Assembly: GCA_028023455.1 (NCBI GenBank)
Contig: JAQFVV010000003.1
Location: forward strand, 24,552,001-24,616,000
Direction: 5' to 3'
From: Epiperipatus broadwayi
Lineage: Eukaryota > Animalia > Onychophora
DNA: 64,000 nucleotides
A program made the translations under genes and the position numbers. The notes under the pieces are model-generated. The model was not told where the DNA came from and did not search any database. It saw nothing but the letters and a program-made list of their open reading frames with translations. Shown here piece after piece: positions 51,456 to 64,000 of the stretch; the first letter of the stretch is position 1, and each line of letters starts with the position of its first letter.

Positions 51456-54449
51456 GTAAGGCACTGTTTCTTTAATCAAAAATTATTTTTATTTATGTTT
51501 TGTTTGCTTTGTAGATAAAATTTGTAAAGAAATTAAATTCTTGATTATTTAACTAATTTTTAGATATTTTTAAATGTAAGTAAAACGAAAACATATTTAA
51601 AGTTATCTTTAATTAGAAATTTATAAATATCTTTTGATTTGGTTGGTAAAAGCATATTCATAATTTAAATTTTGACACAATCTAATTTTTTTAATATATA
51701 TATTCTATAATAGGATTAGTCTAACCATTTTATCTTCAATGTTAAAAACACTTTCCTTATTAATCAATGAAGATCTAAGCAGTTGAAACAGATCCTTATT
51801 ATATATGTCTCTTTATTGTCAGTTTAGCATATAAGTTCTCTACATTTGTTTTTATATTTTCTATTATCTTATGAATTGTGTTTGTGTTATATGCATTATA
51901 TATATATAATTTTAAAATGTTTATGAGTTAAGTGACTATTTGACTTGGATAAATATCAAACATTATACATTATGAAGCTTTTATGCTAGGTTAATAGTTT
52001 GTCTATTGAAGAATAAATGTATATTTAAATTCAAAGTGATGTTTGATATCTGAATTATTGAATAAAAAGAGTTTGAATCTGATTGCCATTTTTATGTCTT
52101 TTTTTGGCAGAAAAGTGTCATCAAATAAGAGAATATAATATTAATACTAATAAATAGTCATTATTATTTTAATTTATGCTTACTTTCTTCTAATTTAGAT
52201 TCACATATTTATGCAATAAATAAGATTATAAACAACACTTTTTATAATCCGAATATTAAAATTTTATATTTTAATGACATACAGTGAATTCTCAATTCAT
52301 TATTTTTCAAATGATCAGAGAATATAAATGATGAAAGGGAAAACCTAAAAAGTGTAGATGAGAGTACAGTTTATGAACATTTACTGAAATATTGTACAAA
52401 TAAATTATAACTTAACTTTTTAAGCAAGTGATTCTATTAAAAATGATCTTTTAAAAAATGTATTTTTTTTTAATATGTTTGAAAGTCGACATACATATCT
52501 AATTTTTTTAGTGTATTTGTTAAAGAAAATATATTTATATAATATATTTCTATAATTATATCTTTGAAAATAAAAATAGAAAGTTAAAATTTATTTTAAA
52601 ATATTTTCATAAAAAATAAAATGTTTTATCAGCACTATGAATGCCTATTATAAATTTAAAAAATAAAATTATTAAATGTGAATTATTAATAAATTCTAAT
52701 TCTAATTGCAAATTTTAAAAAATGTTTACTTATGTATTTTTTGTCAAGATAGAACTATAAAAAACAGCTAGATCAATGATGTCTAATAGAAAAAATAGTT
52801 CCTGAAAAAAATAAAATAATGAAATCATTAATGTGAATTTTGTTTCTAAGTGACTTCATCTTTTGATGAAAATGTAACTAAAATGAAAAAGCTTTTTAAA
52901 ATGAATATATAAATTAGAAATCAAAGGAGAGTGTTAATACAGACAACTGCTGTCAGAACATGACTTCTTAAAGAATATAAATTTTAATAATTTTTCACCA
53001 GCAGGACACTGACAATAAATTGCAATTCAGATATAACTCCTAACATTTAACAGCTATTATTAACTAAATGTGTTTGTGTGTATAGTTAAATATATATGCA
53101 TATAGTTTTAATATCAGAATAATTATATATATAAGAAATCTGAGATTAATTATAGTGATTAGTTAAAATTATTTTTTTTAAATATCTTATTATAAAAAAT
53201 GATTTATTTAAAAAAGTTTTAAATTGACATTTATTTGTTATGAAAAAAATTTATGCTTCAACTAATCTTCGAATATGTAAAACATTTATTTGCAAGATTT
53301 AAAAATAAGGTAAAAGTTGCACACAACAAAAACAAAAAAAATCATCTCTTTTGAATAACAAGTAACAAAATAAGAATTATAAAAAGGAATTTTTATATTG
53401 CTGAGATAATTTATTTTTATTTTTTTTAAAAAATTAGTAATGTGTTTAATTTCATCCTCAATCCAGAATTCAGAGCCTAATCAAATTAACTCTTCATTTG
53501 AGCATTTTTATCATTGTAATTGTAGACTGATAATAGATATTTTATGATGGCTCCATTTAAAAATGCAATTCATATTAATTTATTTGTTAAACTTGAATTA
53601 TTATATAGAATTAAATGATTGATGTGAAAAAATGAATGACAAATAATAGTTCTGTAAAAAAATACTTGTTTTTCTATGGTAATAATTTTGATACCAAAGG
53701 GAGCAGATAATGGATACAGAAAAGTGATAAACATATAAACAATTGGTGAACATACGACTGAACTATATATATATACATACATTATCCATGTTTCTTAAAT
53801 TTCATGTTTTATAAGATTTTGAATAAAGAATAATTGGAAAAAATTATAATGTATTAATACTAATCTTTGAATGTTCATATTTGCAGTTCACTATCATATT
53901 TTAAACACTTCTATAATGTTATATTATTTAAAATATCATATTTCTAGTAATATTTAATGTAATGAATATCTTGCAATTAACAATTTTGTAATTAATGAAA
54001 TTTATAATAATAATCAAATTAATTCTACATTTAAGCATTTTAGAAATGTATATATTTACTATCCTGTGGTGGCATATATTAAACAACATTTTTATGTATT
54101 TATTAAAAAATTCTGATAATTATAAAATCTGTGTAGTCAAGAACATTCACATATAAAATTCTTAATGATTTTTTTTTTCAGATTTAAATATGATTTTTTT
54201 TTCAGATTTAGATTAAATTTTGTTGTATTGATTCTTATTACTGTTTCCAAATGATTGTCAGAAATTTTCATTCTTATAAAGGATTTTTGTTTTTATGTTT
54301 ATAATGGAAAAGATTTGTTTACGAATGTATGTAGACACAAAATGATTAAAAATTTTGCAGCAATATTGCATGTTGAATAAGTAGTTACAAAATTTTAGTA
54401 GTTCATTTTTTAAATATAATTCTTATATATTATTTATTACATGTGGATG

Positions 54450-55600
54450 TACATAGACCAGAGTCAATTACTGTGAAAAATTAATTTCAAACTATTGATA
54501 ATGATTTTTCCATTTTATTAGTATCTTCAAATTCGTTATTAAATTCATGTTTTGAGTATTTCTAGTTTTGATATGTAATCCAATGACTTGAGAGGTAGAA
54601 AATGATTCATCATATCTTTATAACTAACTTTATATGAAAAGCATTTGAGTTTCACAATTAAACCTTGGTAATGTTATATTTAAATTATTCAGATAATAAT
54701 TATATCAATTGTGAATGCAAACTCACATGATCATTCAAAATCTGTAAAATTTCCAAAAATACCAAAATTTCTTTTTATCCTCAATATCTTTTAAAAAATT
54801 TTCTCAAGCTTAATCATTGAACTTTATTGTGTTATAGTATATTGGTGTGTTCTGTTTCCAATTCTTCTACAAATGTAATAATCTTTATTTATATATAAAC
54901 AATATTGTTGTTACTTCAATAATTATAACTTATAAAATATTATTGCATAATGCTAATAAATTAGCAATATGTGAATATTAAATTATGAGTTTGGAACTTC
55001 TTCATAAGTATAATCTTGAAGATTTTTTAACAATCCAATATTTGAATCTTAAATTTGGAGCTCCATCATTCGTTACATTTAGAAGTTTATCGAATGGTAA
55101 TTTAAAACTTTTCAAGAAGTTTTTGTATTTTATTAAAAAGTAACAGCTACAATTGTTATGATTTTATTGATTTCATTGCCAAAAGTTCTTCACCAATTTT
55201 AAATTTCTCTTACTTGTTCCAATAAATATTACCAATTGAATTTTATTTGCTAATCCACAATTTCATCAAGAGCAATTGAATACCACATTATTTTATTATA
55301 TAAATTGAATTTTAATTGATTGTTCAAATTTTTGCTATTATTTTCAACTCATCATTAGATAATTCTTTACGTTAAGCCATTACTTTTGAATTTATTTTAT
55401 TTAATTTTTTTGATTTCCAATCTACTGGCTTCAATTTTCAATTGATAAATTTTTTATCTGCAAAAAGTTTGCTTGCTTTCACTGTTTTGTTTTTTTGTAA
55501 AAACATGTTTTGCTGACAAACTTTTGCTTAGAAATTTTTCCTTTTTTGGTTCACTTTCAATTATCAAGTTGGAGCAGTAATTTGGATGTTTGTACTAAAA
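54450..55600 (-). pseudogene. Decayed hAT (Charlie/Buster, GTF2IRD2-like) transposase
   Basis: YSIALDE (about 55265-55285), LANKIQLVIFI and KLPFDKLLNVTNDGAPN (about 55050-55105). Confidence 0.75.
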
Positions 55601-56699
55601 TCCTCTTTAAGTTATCTATTTTAAACAAGATTTTTTTTTTTTTTTAACAAATAAAAGCAAATATTTCTATTTTTCTTTTCTTTTATTTATGTCTATAATA
55701 AAAATTATAATTATTTTAAATTATAACATTGTTTAAAAACATAGTTTATAAAATTGAATAAACAGAATGAATGCACCTACAATGATATATCCAAAATACA
55801 AGCTACAATGTGTTTGACTATTTACTTTATAAATAGTGGGATCATCTCATAACATTAGATTCTACACTGAAGAATTCCACATACTGCACACTGTCTGTTA
55901 CAAAGTAAATGCAATTGTAGCATAGAATCTTTTGCTTTTGGCCTGTAGGATCAATTTTTAATTTGGACATTTTTGTATAATTTGATTATTACTTACAGAA
56001 AGACACATGAAAATATTTTTCAAAAAATTCATGCAAGTTGCAGTTTGCTTTCGTTTAGCACTAATAATAAATCTGCAAATTATTTTTAGGCAAATGATTT
56101 GTTTTTTAACTTCTCTCCAACTTATTATCCCCATCTCTTATATTTTCTATCATATTAAATTTTATATCTGGATTGTTAGTTCAACTGAAATGGATAAGAT
56201 ATCAAAGCACTATATCACTATATTGCTGAACAAGATTGTATATTAAGGATAATTTTAATTCAACTGCTGAACATTTATCAGTTATTTTATTTGAAATGAT
56301 CAAAATAGACAATCCACACCCCAGATTCTGCCTAATAATATCTCTTTTTCATTAATAAATATTGTTTTTTCATCTAGCTTTAAAATCATAATATGATTAG
56401 TGTCGAACTGGGGATCTTATCTTCATTTTTTCAGATATTAAAATTGAAAAATCGTTTCTGGTTTTCTCTTGAGTTGACATATCAATTAAGTCTTAGTATT
56501 TTTTCAAAATGTTCACTATCTCTTCTATTTTTGTGCATTGATTTTATCAAATCATTAAAAAACATATTTTCCTATACACTTGCCCACAACATTTAATGAA
56601 AAGTGCATAAGAAAAGAGCTTTTTTTAAAAAAAAATCTTAACATTGTTACAGAAATAATGCATTCACAGTAACTTTATTGCATCCAAGTTTGAATAACT

Positions 56700-57142
56700 A
56701 TTATGAAGATATTGTTTTATAGAAAGGCTTTTTAATTTATTTCTCCTGCCCCTTAAATTATTAATGAAAGATATTTCTAGTAGGATTCATTATTTTACTA
56801 TAAACATTGCAACAAGTCTACCATTGCTATGCTAAGGTAAGAATGTAATCGTTTAATTAATATCTTAGATGTCTGCACAATGCTAGGAATACTATAAAGT
56901 TTTCTTTATTTTAATTAGTTACCATGAACTTTTGATATCTCTTATGGAGATATTATTTATAGAAGGAATTTTTAATTATTTTCATTACACTTTTAAGTTG
57001 TTGATGAAAGATATTTATGCTAGGATTAATTATTTAACCATTTTTTTAAACATTGCAACAAGTCTGCCATTGCTATGCTAAAGTGAGAATGTGACTGAAT
57101 ATTATAAAGTTTTCTTTATTTTAATTAGTCATTATGAACTTT
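56700..57142. repeat. Diverged tandem duplication, about 2 x 240 bp
   Basis: AAACATTGCAACAAGTCT(A/G)CCATTGCTATGCTAA and ATAAAGTTTTCTTTATTTTAATTAGT each occur twice, about 215-245 bp apart. Confidence 0.8.
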
Positions 57143-59514
57143 TCCAAGCAGTTCTTGAGGAATATATATTAGTTGTAGAAAATAGATCTTTTTGATACTC
57201 AAGTCGACTACACAATTATAAATCCCATTAGAAATAAATTTACTTCCAATTACATAAGAAAAATTGAAACAATTACATAAGAAAAATTGAAATTCACTTC
57301 TAATGCTGGGAGCTAATCTTCCCACCCTTAGGTGTTTTAGACATCAAACTGTAGATTAAAAAAACAGTCTACTAACTAAGTTAGCCATATAAATATTATT
57401 GTTCTTCACTTCAAATTTTTTAATTGTATACTTATTTTATATTTGTTCAATAGGTGTAATATCTTTTGTAATCATTCTTTGTTACAACATAACATGACTC
57501 AACAAACAAGTTATTATCATCTTAAAAAAGTAAAATGTTAACCAATTTTTTTTGTTGTTGTCAGACTTCCACTAATCTTAATAGAAATTGTCCATGCAGG
57601 AATATGTTTATGTCCTGTTGAAAAAGATTTATTAAATTCTTACTATTACATTCTAACTTTTACATTTGTCCTGCCTGTCTACTGCAAGCATTGATTGCTT
57701 ACTTAAAGAGGTGAGACATGACTCAATAAATGGTAAATCTTTTTGATGTCTAAGGTAATTTTGCATATAATCTAATTATAAGAAAAATTTGGCCCTTTAT
57801 AAAAATTTCACAAGCATCTCAAAGAATAGCTCAAATATCTCCATTGTTTAAACCTATTACATTGGACATTTCTAAACTGATTGTGGGATTTGGTGTTTGT
57901 ATAACAATATTTTTATCCTCTGATTACATTTATAATAATTCTGGTTTCAGTTTTTTTTTTTTTTGCCAACTTTTCATTCTTTTACTCTTTCATCTTGTTT
58001 TTTTTTTTTTTTTGGGGGGGGGGGTTATTGTTGTTTATATGCTTAATTAATTAGTAATTTTAGGTTTATAAAAAGTCACTTAATTGACATAAATAAGCTC
58101 AATCAAATCTGTACTGATTTCTGCTATTCATTTTAATAAAATTCATTGCTGAGAATAATTAAATTATTTATAAATAAATGCAGTTTTGATATAAGAGTCA
58201 TGATATGATCGAACATTATTAAAATGCCTTATTTGTTTTACTACAATTGTTGAATGAATGATGGACTGGAACCTAAGGACCATGAATCCTAGGTTTAAGT
58301 TTATCATTCTTGTGCTTGAACTTTATATGAATTCATGAGCAATAAACTATTCATTTATTTAACATTGTTTTTAAAATGTATGAAATTAGCTTTTGTTAAT
58401 GAAAATTATGAGATTATAAATTGTTTTTGTAGTTTACAAAAAGTTATAGACTATGAAAATTTTATTTAAAAAATGCTTAAATTTATTTTACTAAATTTTC
58501 TTTCAAGTTGAGCTATTTTAGCATTGATTAGTTATATTGTATCTATGACTCTTAGAAATATTCTTTTAAAATGTAAATTAGTGTGAAAAATAAAACAAAA
58601 TATATCTACTTCAGTATTATTAAAAAACACTTTCATTAAAGAGCTAATTTTTATTTTTATTTATGAAATTTTAATGTAAAGCATAGACTCAAAATCATTA
58701 GACATAACTACATTATATGAGGATTACAGTGTAATGTATTTTCAAAGTATTTAATAGTTTTAAGCCAATAAACATGATTACTCTAGTTTGCTGTGTGTGG
58801 TAATACATATAGTGAGTTTTGCCTGTTTTATTTAATGGTTTGCTAAATTAATAGTTTTTATTATGACAATAAAATTTAATCAAACAAAATAAATAATTAA
58901 TTTGCTTTGATGACTTTTAAATGTTTCTAAAATAATGCTAGTGCTTGACTTAGTTACTTTTAAATTGATTTTGGTTGTTTAAAATTTTTTTACAATGTTA
59001 AAACTAAAACATTTAATTATTTTTGTATAAAAAATTTATTAAAATTCAGCATGTAGATAATAAATGTATATCTTGCAATTGGGCCTTTACAATTTTTTTT
59101 TTCCAGATATCAACATTTTAGCAATTAATACATTTTTTTAAAAATAAATATTATTTATTTGCTTAATATTAATATGTATTATCTCCAACTGTAAATTGTA
59201 TAAAAGCATATAATAGTTTTTTTTGTTGAGCTATCTACAATGAAATAAGATATATAGCAACTTTATAAGCTAATTTACTTACATAGCTTTTAAAAAAGTT
59301 TCTTAACTTAATAGATCAAGGCAGAATATTAAAGAAATCATTATATGTAGTTTTATATATATATATATTGTAAACAATGTCTGATAATTATTGTTATATA
59401 GTAGTAATAATTGGTTTTTGATTTATTGTTTAGTTATTCAAAATCGTTTATATTTTAGAGTTTTCCTTATTGTTTTTAAATGAAATTAAATTTATTATAT
59501 ATATATTTAATTAG

Positions 59515-59684
59515 TGATTATCAGCCAATCCCAGCTCTTGATCGATATGATCCAGAAGCCCTGGATGATGCAGATTATGAAGAAATATCCGAAAGTGATC
59601 GTCAGGCAGCAGAAAGGGAAATGAGAAGAAGAGATAGGGAAGAAGCCATGGTTGCTGGACGAATGAGAAGAGGACTTCTTTATG
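59515..59684 (+). CDS. MCM2: MCM2 coding exon 3 (histone-binding domain region)
   Basis: AG acceptor at 59513-14; the phase completes GC+T = Ala. Reads [56 protein letters not shown], the conserved MCM2 DYxxIPxLDxY...RMRRGLLY segment. GT donor at 59685. Confidence 0.95.
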
Positions 59685-59999
59685 GTATAAATTCTTTTTA
59701 TAAATTTACCATTTATGTGTTTGTGTGTATGTGTATGCATATAAATTTACAAGTATGTATTTTTTAGTAACAAACATTTATTCACAGTAATCGCTTATCA
59801 TTTATTATTAAATTATAGTCTATTATATTTCATGTAACTTTACATATAGACTTTAAAATTTTATACAGTTTAAATATATTAATATTGTTTTAGGTACATG
59901 ATAATTCTTATTTTTAACTACTCATTTAATTTTTTATTTATGGGCATGATCTTATGTTTTTTACAAATTACTTTGAACGTCATTTTTATATTTTAAACA

Positions 60000-61000
60000 A
60001 AGGTTAGATAACATATTTTTTTTTCCAATTTCTTCAGCTATGTATTTGAAATGTAACAATAAGATTGATTATAATTTTCCTTATACATATATAAAATAAT
60101 ATTCTTATTCGTTATCTATATTTCTTTGAAGTTATGTACATAATCTTGTAATTAAATATTAATAAATACAGTAACATAAATATATATAAAGTACAACTTT
60201 AAAAACTTTTATCCATCTAGGAGCATTTTTTGACTAGCTTTGTAGTCTGTCAATTAACACTAATTTTTTTTTAAAGGTATCTTCAAACATCCCTTTCAAA
60301 TTTTAGCCTTTCCACAATTCATTAATTTTAACATTTGCCGTCTGTCTATTTATTAAGTCATTTATATATTAACACAGCTTTATTTTCCTTTTATTATTGT
60401 TTTGTCCATTATGTATTATTTTTACATTATTATAGTCAAAATTAAAACCATATATACATAACATATTATGATCATAAAAAACTGATGTTGAAATATTATC
60501 ATTTCCATTACAATTTTGTATAGTTTTTTTGAACTTTTTTTAATAACCGCAAGTGTTCTTTTCTCCATTGTATATCACAAAAATTTACTGACAAAATCAA
60601 ATGGTAAACATATTGTGTATTTTCCAAACCCAAGAATTTCTTGTAGTATCTTCTCAACTAATTGATATGTTTCATAATAAAATCCGTCTCTGAAATCCAC
60701 TATTAAACCTAATGGTTCATTCTCTTTATGTAGTTTTATATTTGAAAAGATCTTAGGACATATTACAGCCGACGGATAAAGATTATAGTACGTACTATTA
60801 TCAATCCCATTTTCACTTTTTTAAAAATTTTATTAATAAATTGAATATGCAAATTTTCTATATTTATTTTGTCAATTTTTTTAAACTTAAGATTATTCAT
60901 TTGAGACATAGCTTTATCATCATAAGTAGATTTTAGCATTAAACACATTCTTTGTCCTTTATCTTTCTTTAGATAAACCAGATTATTATCAGATAAAAAA
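60000..61000 (-). mobile_element. Penelope-like element D, decayed RT
   Basis: PSAVICPKIFSNIKLHKENEPLGLIVDF (about 60690-60775) resembles the PLE LPKIHK..PLRPIV motif. Basic N-terminal remnant at 60763-60948. Confidence 0.6.
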
Positions 61001-62090
61001 ATTTTAAATTTAGATATTTGTATATTCCAATCATAATTAATTGTATAATTAAAATTCGGTGCCGATATAGTACGTGTTCGACGCCATTTTGAATTTTATA
61101 ATTTACCCAAAATCCCCGCTGACTACACACATTCAAGCGACAAATGACATCGATTATCACAAGTATACTAATCATAAAGGTCATGTAATATAACAATTAT
61201 AAACAATACAAGCATAAAGCTAATAATTTTAATTATATAACAATTGTATTTTATTTTTAAATTTAATGTATTTGTAATCATCTAGCCAATTTAAATTAAT
61301 CTGTGTTCTTTATTTTCTAGTTAAGAAACAAAGTATTAAAAAAAAAAATCTTAAACTAGTTTTCGGACAACACAAGTGCATATACCATTAAAATACGTAT
61401 TAGCTATCTACTAAAAACAATACAAATAAGATTATGGAGTTTATATTACTTAAAAAAAAATCTTCAAGTGATCAACAGTAGCGAACAAATAATTTCTGAT
61501 AAGAAAAAACTGAAATCCCATTATTTGTAAAAATAATATGCTGTATTTTGTGAGGTTATAATCTTTTGGTATATTAATGAAAAGCAGGTTAATTAGGTTT
61601 TTTATTTTTTATTTTAAAGTAGAAAACGTAAATTGCCTTTTGATTTCTTTCATATGCTTATAACAAATGTGAATTGCATTTTAATTTTTGAAAGATTTAT
61701 GTAAATTATGATAACGTATGTTAATGCAAAGTATTTACTCATTATTTGATTTTGATTTTTTATTAAATGTTAAATATTGATCAAAATTAGGATTTTGATT
61801 TTTAAATACTCTGTGACAATTGCAAACTTTGCATTTTGATTTTTTAATTAATGATGAAATTTGTGATTTTGTAATCATCTTTTTTTGAAACCATATGTTG
61901 ATAATCGATGTCATTTATTGCTTGAATATGTCAGCAGGATTTTGGGTGAGTTATAAAATTCAAAATAGCGTCGAGCGCGTACTATATTGGCACCTAAAAT
62001 TCTTTTCCTTTACTTTTTTTATTTTACAACCTTTTGAATAACATTTAATTAAGCTTAAGGAATTTTCTACAGCAGATTTTAATTCTAGAT

Positions 62091-62160
62091 CAGGGGCCGA
62101 CAACCTATGGCACCCGTGCCATGCTTGGCACGTAAACGATTATCATGGCACTTGGAATAA
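62091..62160 (+). mobile_element. hAT (Charlie-like) terminal fragment
   Basis: CAGGGGCCGACAACCTATGGCACCCGTGCCA is a typical hAT terminus. No partner end was found in the window. Confidence 0.55.
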
Positions 62161-62324
62161 ATTGAAATAGTAAAATATATATATATTAATTTCAGCGTCT
62201 TTTTTTTTTTTGTTTTTACATTCAATATTGAATTTACAATTAAATCATTATTTATTAGAAAATAATACACTTGAGTTCATTTAAAAGATATTTTTGTTTA
62301 CAAGCAGAAAAAAAATTCTATATA

Positions 62325-63630
62325 CACCCGGGTCTCATTTTATGCAGATTTATTTAATGCGATTTTGAAGTTATGCGATTCATGTTTTTTCTTAATACCT
62401 TTGTATGCGGTTTTCTTTTATGCGCTAAAAATTATTAGATCAGAAGTCGAGCTCCGATAATGCGCTATTATTTTAAATATTAAAAATTTTCGCGCACTCA
62501 CGTCATATTTAAAGTAATAGTGCATTATCGGAGTTCGACTTCCATCTAATAATTTCAATATTTTAAGCGCTTTATAATAGTACTGTAATAGATTTTATGC
62601 AATAAAGAAGTTCATAAGTCATTTAAAATCAGAATTTCCCCATTTTACATACATTAAATTTTACAAGATTATAATGTAAATCTGTTTAAACATTATAGAT
62701 GAAAAATAGTATGTATGATGTTGTTTTTGCATTTTAAATTACGTTCTATTTTTGCTTTTTAAAAAAAGAGTACGTAATCAATTAATCATTTAGTGTCCGC
62801 AAGTTTATTTTTAAAAGGTGAGTAACAGCGGTGGCACAATTAAATTTGACAATTAAAATCTGATTTTTAATTGTAATTAACAATTTAAAAATTATGTAAC
62901 GTGATCTGAAATTAAGGTGATGAAATTTGATTTTTAAACGGAATTGAAAATTAAAAAATTAAAGACAAAAATAAGAATTTAATTTTTAATTGTTTTAATT
63001 AAATTTTGCCCAACAGTGGTGAGTCGGTGTCTTTTTATTATCGTAAGTCTAAGTTCTTATTTTTATTTTAAACTTTTAGTTTACTCTAATGGAGAGAAAA
63101 AAACACCCAAGAAAATGAATTTCTTTGTAAACAAAAATTTCAATTTTAGATCGCTTAGCAAAATGGGAAGGATCAACAGCGATTGGAAAATGTTTTAGTT
63201 GTATTTCCTCTTGACTTCATTTAAGGAGAAGCTACAGTACCTCACATCACATCATGACGAATCTGATGTCTCAAATAGCGATAATAATTAAAATACCGTA
63301 CATGTATGAAAAAAATGTAAATTACGCATAAAAATATATTGTTTTGAATAAAATTAAATACTGTAGTTAATAAAAAAAGTAAAAAAAGTTTGTCTTGTAT
63401 CAATTTTTTTCAAATTTGAAATTTTTTATTAGTCATATTTTATTTTCTTATTTTTTTTTATGTGAATTTTAAAGTAATTTTACATTGTTGCTTTGCTTTT
63501 ATGCGATTTTTGGAAAATTAGAGTACGTATCCCCCATTTTTCAAGGTAAGTTAAGTCTGTATTTTTGTGCGACTTCTTTTGTGCGCATTTTCTGAGGAAC
63601 CTATCTACCGCATAAAACGAGACCCAGGTG
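62325..63630. mobile_element. Tc1/mariner-type (pogo/Tigger-like) non-autonomous element
   Basis: TA|CACCCGGGTCTCATTTTATGC ... GCATAAAACGAGACCCAGGTG|TA: about 20-bp TIRs with a TA duplication. Internal hairpin at 62445-62540. Confidence 0.8.
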
Positions 63631-63789
63631 TAATCACATTTTACTTCTGATAAAATTAAAAAATGAGATCGTAATCCAAATAAAAAGCTTATTATGTAAT
63701 CAATTCTAGAAAGCTATTTTCAGTAGTTGAATGGTAAATAATCGACACTCATTGGTGGCGCTTTTTTCAAAAAACAAAACAAAACTTAG

Positions 63790-63885
63790 AGTTGGGAATG
63801 GAAAATAAAATGGCTAACAAGATTTTCTGGATATAATTGCTGAGAGATTCCTGACTCCGTTTAAGGAGAAGCCATCATCACATCT
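63790..63885 (+). mobile_element. 3' end fragment of the LINE family seen at 47736-49800
   Basis: TGCTGAGAGATTCCTGACTCCGT(T/A)TAAG(G/A)AGAAG followed by a CATCA-type tail, matching the reverse complement of 47736-47850. Confidence 0.75.
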
Positions 63886-64000
63886 CATGGCATAGTGACT
63901 GAGAAATTCTCAAAATGTCCCACAAAAGATTAAAACATGATATTCACTCTTTTCAAGACTCTTATACAAATGAATATGAATTTGTACAGCAAAAAGATTG

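Noticed and set aside
51204-51479. Minus-strand Ser-rich ORF of 91 aa
   Set aside because: It is the antisense shadow of MCM2 exon 2.
1-64000. Most of the short ORFs in the supplied track
   Set aside because: They are low-complexity AT-rich frames or antisense shadows of transposon relics, with no splice or homology support.

Overview
Very AT-rich animal genomic DNA, probably an arthropod (inferred from composition and the transposon landscape). The only host gene I can support is the 5' part of MCM2 on the + strand. It has a 6-nt coding first exon (ATGGCG, 29456-29461) behind an E2F/NRF1-type promoter, a 21.8-kb intron 1, exon 2 (51256-51455) and exon 3 (59515-59684); the gene continues beyond the window. 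The rest is mostly decayed transposons: several Penelope-like elements (PLEs), two Gypsy LTR elements, RTE and other LINE fragments, three Merlin (ISXO2-type) DNA transposons, hAT and Tc1/mariner MITEs, a SINE and local duplications. The most striking signal is about a dozen type I hammerhead ribozyme (HHR) motifs of the minimal, palindromic-helix-III kind. Most lie in a small non-coding, partly fold-back mobile family with four clear copies, each flanked by a 13-15 bp target-site duplication (TSD). One copy has an empty-site control in the sister LTR, one encloses 2 kb of LINE, and two sit in MCM2 intron 1 with a ribozyme motif on each strand. No single copy has a fully canonical core; only the consensus does. 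All protein and RNA calls are by eye, with no database search or folding run.
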